Part shown: one piece after another, positions 27,542-32,000 of the stretch | Position numbering within the stretch: position 1 is the first letter of the stretch | How the letters are laid out: every line of letters starts with the position of its first letter | Source of the DNA: an uncultured archaeon | GTDB lineage: Archaea > Asgardarchaeota > Jordiarchaeia > Jordiarchaeales > Jordiarchaeaceae | Assembly (NCBI GenBank): GCA_964510585.1 | Contig: CAZECW010000004.1 | Coordinates: forward strand, 30,001 to 62,000 | Direction: 5' to 3' | DNA: 32,000 nucleotides | Notes under the pieces: generated by a model | Databases searched by the model: none | Told to the model about the DNA's origin: nothing | The model's input: the letters and a program-made list of their open reading frames with translations, nothing else | Position numbers and translations under genes: made by a program

Positions 27542-28849
27542 ATGGAGCTGGATTTGTCCAGAGAAGAATTGTTAAACCTGCAAGAAAAGAAATTCAAGCG
27601 CACAATGGAACTGGCATTTAAAACACCACTATACAGCCAAAAATTCAAAGAAGCAGGACTAAGCCTGGCAGACATCACAAGCTTAAAAGATTTAGAAAAG
27701 TTACCATTCTCCAGCAAACAAGACATCGTCAAGGACTATAGAGCAGCAATCGCAGACCACAGTAATTTAGCAGTGTTCCACACCACCTCAGGAACATCAG
27801 GAATCCCCACAGTTGTAGGCTACACCAACAATGATGTCGAAACACAAACCATCAATGAAGCCCGAAACCTGCTAACAGCAGGATTCAAAAAGGGAGACAT
27901 AATAATTAATACTACACCCTATGGCATGTTTTTTGCGGGCGTTTGTATTCATGACGCTATAAGGAGAATTGGGGCTGTTGTGGTTCCTTCTGGTAAATTG
28001 GCGAGCAGTAGGCAGCAGGTGGATATGATTCATTTTTATCGCCCCACCGGAGTTATTGGCATTGCCCAGTTTATTTTGAAGTGGGCTTCCCTGTATGAGG
28101 ATATGTTTGGAGAGGATCCTCGGGAAAGTTCTCTTAATAGAGGGTATGCTCTTGGGGAGCCGGTTCCAGAGGGTAAAAGAAAACGCATAGAGGATGTTTG
28201 GGATATTGACCTTAGAATTGGGTATGGTTTGACGGAGGTAGGCAGTGGGGGAGAGTGCGAAGAGAAAAATGGTGTGCATTGGCAAGAGGATCTCTCCTTG
28301 GTGGAGGTTATCGATCCAGACAATAATGAGAGGGTTGCGGATGGGGAAAGAGGGGAGCTAGTTTATACTACTATTTCTAGGACTGGCACTTTGGCCATTA
28401 GGTTTTGTTCAAGGGATAGTTCCTTTATAGTGAGTGGTGACTGCTCCTGCGGTCGTATAACGCGGAGAGTTATGCCTCCAGAGTTTCGTTTGGATAGTTT
28501 GATTAAGATTAAGGGAACCCTTACCAGTCCTTTCGCCATTGATTCAGCGATTTTCAGTTACGAGGGTGTTAGAGATTACCTGGTGGTGGTGAGCGAAGAT
28601 TCATCGGGTCTTGATCGCGTGGATGTTTATATTGATTCAGACTCCTTCACGCCTAAACAAATTGAGAGTTTATATGATCGATTTGGTGGTAAGGTTTGGT
28701 TTAACCCCTCATCAGTAAAAATAGTGGAGAAGGATAGTATTCCAGTAATTGGTAGGAAGGGGAAGAAAATTATTGACCTTAGAACCGAAGCGGACTATGG
28801 GGATGAACTTAAAACCTTTCTGGAAAAGTATGGGGAATCCAACCAATAA
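27542..28849 (+). CDS. Phenylacetate--CoA ligase family (PaaK-like ANL enzyme)
   Basis: LEKLPF, HTTSGTSGIPT, YGMFFAG, YGLTE, EVIDP, GELVYTT, LIKIKG. Confidence 0.88.
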   Translation: MELDLSREELLNLQEKKFKRTMELAFKTPLYSQKFKEAGLSLADITSLKDLEKLPFSSKQDIVKDYRAAIADHSNLAVFHTTSGTSGIPTVVGYTNNDVETQTINEARNLLTAGFKKGDIIINTTPYGMFFAGVCIHDAIRRIGAVVVPSGKLASSRQQVDMIHFYRPTGVIGIAQFILKWASLYEDMFGEDPRESSLNRGYALGEPVPEGKRKRIEDVWDIDLRIGYGLTEVGSGGECEEKNGVHWQEDLSLVEVIDPDNNERVADGERGELVYTTISRTGTLAIRFCSRDSSFIVSGDCSCGRITRRVMPPEFRLDSLIKIKGTLTSPFAIDSAIFSYEGVRDYLVVVSEDSSGLDRVDVYIDSDSFTPKQIESLYDRFGGKVWFNPSSVKIVEKDSIPVIGRKGKKIIDLRTEADYGDELKTFLEKYGESNQ

Positions 28850-28890
28850 TTCTCTGACATGTTTTCAGGAGACTTTGGTCATTTCTTCTG

Positions 28891-30177
28891 TTACTCCCTT
28901 ACGATTTCTGGGACTCTGATTCCCTGTTTTTCCAGTCTTTCGTTTACAATCTGTTTCATTTTCTCGTTGGTCAGGGTTTTAATTTGGTGGGGAGCATAGA
29001 CCCCGATGTCGGTTATTATTAGGTCGATTAGCTTGGGCGGAGTGACGTCAAAGGCGGGATTGTATATTACTATTTCTCCTTTTCCCGGAATTCTTTTGTT
29101 AGTGATAATGTTTCTTGGGGGCCACTCTTTTAGGCTTTTTTCGCTGATTATCTTGTTTTTCCGCTTGTCTTCTGCCTCCAGTTTGTATAGGTATGTTACT
29201 TCATCAATACTGCGTTCCTCTATGGGTATTTCGCTTCCCTTCTTGGTTTCCAGGTCAATGGTGCTGTACGAGGTAGCGTAGTAAAAGTCCACATTTCCGT
29301 AAAGGGCTGCTATTCTCGCGATGTCGGCGGATCCAATTTTGTTTGCTACTGATCCATCCCTGGCTACTCTATCTACTCCAAGGAGAACCTTGTTCACCCC
29401 GAAGCGTTCGAAGGAGGATGATATCATATTGTCTGTCACAATTATTATGGGCACTTGGGCCCTGTTTAGCTCCCATACTGTGAGTTTGTATCCTTGGCTA
29501 CGGGGGCGTGTTTCTTTTGAAACCATAACTATGTCTTTTCCCTCAACGTATGCTTCTTCAAGCATACCCAAAGCATGGCCGCCGTAACTTGAGGACATGC
29601 TTCCACCATTGCAGTGAGTCATAATCACATCTCCGTCCTCTATGTACTGTTTTCCGTCCTGCCTCAGGTACCAGCTCAGTATAAGGTCCGCGGCCAAAAA
29701 GTAGTCTGCAGCTTCCCTTACTCCCTCAACAGCCTCTTCAACCTTCCCACTTTTGTTGAGAGATTTCTCCGCAGTCTTAAGACATAAATCCGTTGCCCAC
29801 TTTAGGGGAGAAGCGGTTGGCCTAGTACTATTTAAGAAATCGGCAGCTTCCCTCAACTTTTTCATGAAAACATCTTTTTTCTCTTTTTTAAACTCTAAAG
29901 CCGCCAGCAACATCCCATAGCCTGCAGCGCATCCTATTGCCTGACTGCCTCTAACAATCATTCCCTTTATGCCCGGAATGCCCGCCTCGCGGTAATCCCT
30001 AGTTTTCCACACTGTAAACTCATAGGGAAGCTTTGTCTGGTCCAGCAGAACCAGCGTTTCCTCCTCCGATTCATAGTGGACTGTAAGAGGAATATTTGTT
30101 TTATTATGAACATAAGCTCCACTCTCAGCGTCGAATTCCAGTCCTATCTTTTTGAAGACCTTTTGAATATCAACCAT
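28891..30177 (-). CDS. mtnA: MtnA-family sugar-1-phosphate isomerase (eIF2B-alpha-like), divergent copy 2
   Basis: LLDQTKLP, IVRGSQAIG, TRPTASPL, THCNGGSMS, ETRPRSQG, GVDRV, NKIGS, YNPAFDVTP. 428 aa with an N-terminal extension and an insertion before NPAFD. Confidence 0.82.
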   Translation of the reverse strand: MVDIQKVFKKIGLEFDAESGAYVHNKTNIPLTVHYESEEETLVLLDQTKLPYEFTVWKTRDYREAGIPGIKGMIVRGSQAIGCAAGYGMLLAALEFKKEKKDVFMKKLREAADFLNSTRPTASPLKWATDLCLKTAEKSLNKSGKVEEAVEGVREAADYFLAADLILSWYLRQDGKQYIEDGDVIMTHCNGGSMSSSYGGHALGMLEEAYVEGKDIVMVSKETRPRSQGYKLTVWELNRAQVPIIIVTDNMISSSFERFGVNKVLLGVDRVARDGSVANKIGSADIARIAALYGNVDFYYATSYSTIDLETKKGSEIPIEERSIDEVTYLYKLEAEDKRKNKIISEKSLKEWPPRNIITNKRIPGKGEIVIYNPAFDVTPPKLIDLIITDIGVYAPHQIKTLTNEKMKQIVNERLEKQGIRVPEIVRE

Positions 30178-30333
30178 ATGCTTGCAACTCCGTAAAATTT
30201 GATAACGTTCATAATTTAGGTAACTATTTGAATTTTATGTGTTCAGATACAGAAAAATCCGAAGCTTAAATAAATTTAGTGCCACGCAGCTGAAACGAAA
30301 CTAAAATCGGGAAATAGTTACAGAATTAAGTTT

Positions 30334-31284
30334 CTAGCCCTTCACTTTTTTATGGAATTCCTCTAGTTCTTTTTTGTTTGGGCTTCCTCTTGTTTCACTT
30401 CTAGTTGCTTTAAAAGCCCCCGCCAGGTTTGCCCTTTGCAAGGACTCAATGAGAGAATATCCTTGAGCCAGAGACGCCGCCAAAACTCCATGGAACGCGT
30501 CTCCACACCCCACCGTATTAACCACCTTGAAGCCATACTTCTGAAGTGGAATGCCCCTAATTATTATGCTTTGCTCATCTCTTGGGTCAATCAACTGGGA
30601 TCCCTCAGCCCCCATTTTTTTAATCACCTTTAAATTCTTGTTAATGGGAGAAAGACGTTTCTTCACTTCTTCCGGTTCACTGGCGCCAGTTAGGTTTTCC
30701 ACCTCCACAGCGTTCATCAAAAGAATATCCACAAATTTTAAAATGTCTTTTAGTGACTCGTATCCCTTCACACAGTGTATCCCTGGATCCCAAATGGTGA
30801 TAGCCCCAAATTTTTTTCCAAGCTCCACAACCTTCAAAACCACGGGAAGCGGTGGATCAACTACCGCCAACACCTTGGCTTGACGTATCAACGCTAACCT
30901 TTTCACTTCCTCCACATCCTCTGGCTTAATTTCGTGATTCGCCCCAAAAAGAGTGTTAATAAAGTTCTCACCCTTAGAATCTATCACAATATAGGCTTGA
31001 CCAGACTCCACACCCCTAACTGTAATAATTCCACTTATATCGACCCCCTCACCCTCCAAAACCTTTTTCTGCATCTCAGCTATCTGGTCATCACCCAAAC
31101 CGCCAATGAACGCCACCTCACCCGGATCCATCAATCTTGCAGCCGCCACAGCCACATTGGCGCCCTTCCCCCCAGGAATGCGTGTTATCCTTTTCACCGG
31201 CACCTCCTCACCTATCTTGGGAAATCTTTCCACAAAGAGATTAATATCATAGTTTATAGCCCCAAAACTCACCACTTTGGCCAT
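30334..31284 (-). CDS. PfkB-family kinase (ribokinase-like)
   Basis: FGAINYD, PGGKGANVAVAAARL, SGQAYIVID, NAVE, KMGAEG, NTVGCGDAFHG. Likely start ATG 31284; the ORF extends to 31350. Confidence 0.88.
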   Translation of the reverse strand: MAKVVSFGAINYDINLFVERFPKIGEEVPVKRITRIPGGKGANVAVAAARLMDPGEVAFIGGLGDDQIAEMQKKVLEGEGVDISGIITVRGVESGQAYIVIDSKGENFINTLFGANHEIKPEDVEEVKRLALIRQAKVLAVVDPPLPVVLKVVELGKKFGAITIWDPGIHCVKGYESLKDILKFVDILLMNAVEVENLTGASEPEEVKKRLSPINKNLKVIKKMGAEGSQLIDPRDEQSIIIRGIPLQKYGFKVVNTVGCGDAFHGVLAASLAQGYSLIESLQRANLAGAFKATRSETRGSPNKKELEEFHKKVKG

Positions 31285-31421
31285 AGGAACCACTTCAAAC
31301 CCTTTATATGTTTTACCAAAAAATTTCAAGGTTTTTATTGGTAATTTCACATTCCTTCATAAAAGCATTACCCCAAAATCAAATGAAAAACAAAATAATC
31401 CCAAAAAAGGCTACAAACTCT

Positions 31422-32000
31422 TTAAATTATATCCAAAATTTCTGAAATATTATTCACCGTATAGTCCGGCTTCTCATCATCACAAGTTGGCTCCCTCTCA
31501 GCGTGTAAATCCTTCCTCACACGTATAGTAATCGCCCCAATGGATTTCGCCCAAGCAAAATCATTCCTGGGATCATCACCAACAACGAAAATTCTCTTAC
31601 CAGTAACGGGTTGACCCAAATCCTCCTCCAAACACTGAATAAGCCTCTCAAGAAACTCGGGAGCTGGCTTACATACACCTAAACGCTCCGAAGAAAACAA
31701 GAAGCGATAGTGCTTCCCGGGCTCCAGCCCGAAAAGTTTCATCTTCAACTCAGTTTCCTCGTCCTCATTATTGGTGGCAATCACAACAATCGACTTCCTA
31801 TTCAGCATCTCAAGCGTTTTATGAGTATCCGGATACGGCCTTGCACGAGCAACAAAATGCTTCCAATAAAAATCGTGAATCTTGTCAAGAAACTCTGAAG
31901 CAAACCTAATCCCATTATTCTGCTGCACCTTCTCAAGAAATAACCTCAACCTAATCCTCTTATTATGCCTCCTCGGCTTAAGAGGATACAATTCATAATG
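31422..32000 (-). CDS. HAD-superfamily hydrolase (5' end outside the window)
   Basis: PYPD, VIATN (motif II), KP (motif III), VGDDPRND (motif IV). The frame stays open to the window edge. Confidence 0.82.
   Translation of the reverse strand, partial: HYELYPLKPRRHNKRIRLRLFLEKVQQNNGIRFASEFLDKIHDFYWKHFVARARPYPDTHKTLEMLNRKSIVVIATNNEDEETELKMKLFGLEPGKHYRFLFSSERLGVCKPAPEFLERLIQCLEEDLGQPVTGKRIFVVGDDPRNDFAWAKSIGAITIRVRKDLHAEREPTCDDEKPDYTVNNISEILDII

Noticed and set aside
143-31898. Short ORFs antisense to or overlapping the called genes (e.g. 183..482, 11858..12190, 17609..17935, 22211..22462, 26580..27059, 27872..28285, 30934..31344)
   Set aside because: They are shadows of well-supported genes or AT-rich spacer ORFs with no motifs or ribosome-binding sites.
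1-32000. CRISPR arrays, IS elements, integrases, rRNA
   Set aside because: No regularly spaced repeats, transposase or integrase motifs, or rRNA-like sequence were seen.

Overview
Archaeal chromosomal window: GGAGG/GGTG Shine-Dalgarno sites, frequent TTG/GTG starts, archaeal-type PheST, PurA, CoaD, Map, DUF1512 and an intron-containing tRNA. A TACK or Asgard origin is plausible but cannot be fixed from this window. Content is mostly housekeeping and salvage metabolism: two PRPP synthetases, two radical SAM enzymes, purA, pheS/pheT, coaD, map, two MtnA-family isomerases plus MtnP, two PfkB kinases, three amidohydrolase/peptidase genes, a PaaK-like CoA ligase and tandem winged-helix regulators. 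No CRISPR array, transposase or integrase was seen. The main finding is a PflX-like radical SAM gene that looks frameshifted (2174-3323, minus strand). It is interrupted by a 31-nt insert (2839-2869) that folds into a canonical bulge-helix-bulge (BHB) motif. Cutting at the standard endonuclease positions restores the frame and the G-T-I-F-F-S-S-CxxxCxxC motif exactly, so this is a candidate tRNA-type intron in an mRNA other than cbf5. Also notable: a tRNA-Tyr(GUA) with three introns and a duplicated 5' end, abrupt A+C to G+T strand-skew jumps (one inside a gene), an intergenic three-way-junction element with complementary loops, and a J-domain-less protein with eight CxxC motifs that resembles eukaryotic SSUH2. 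All folding and counting was done by hand.
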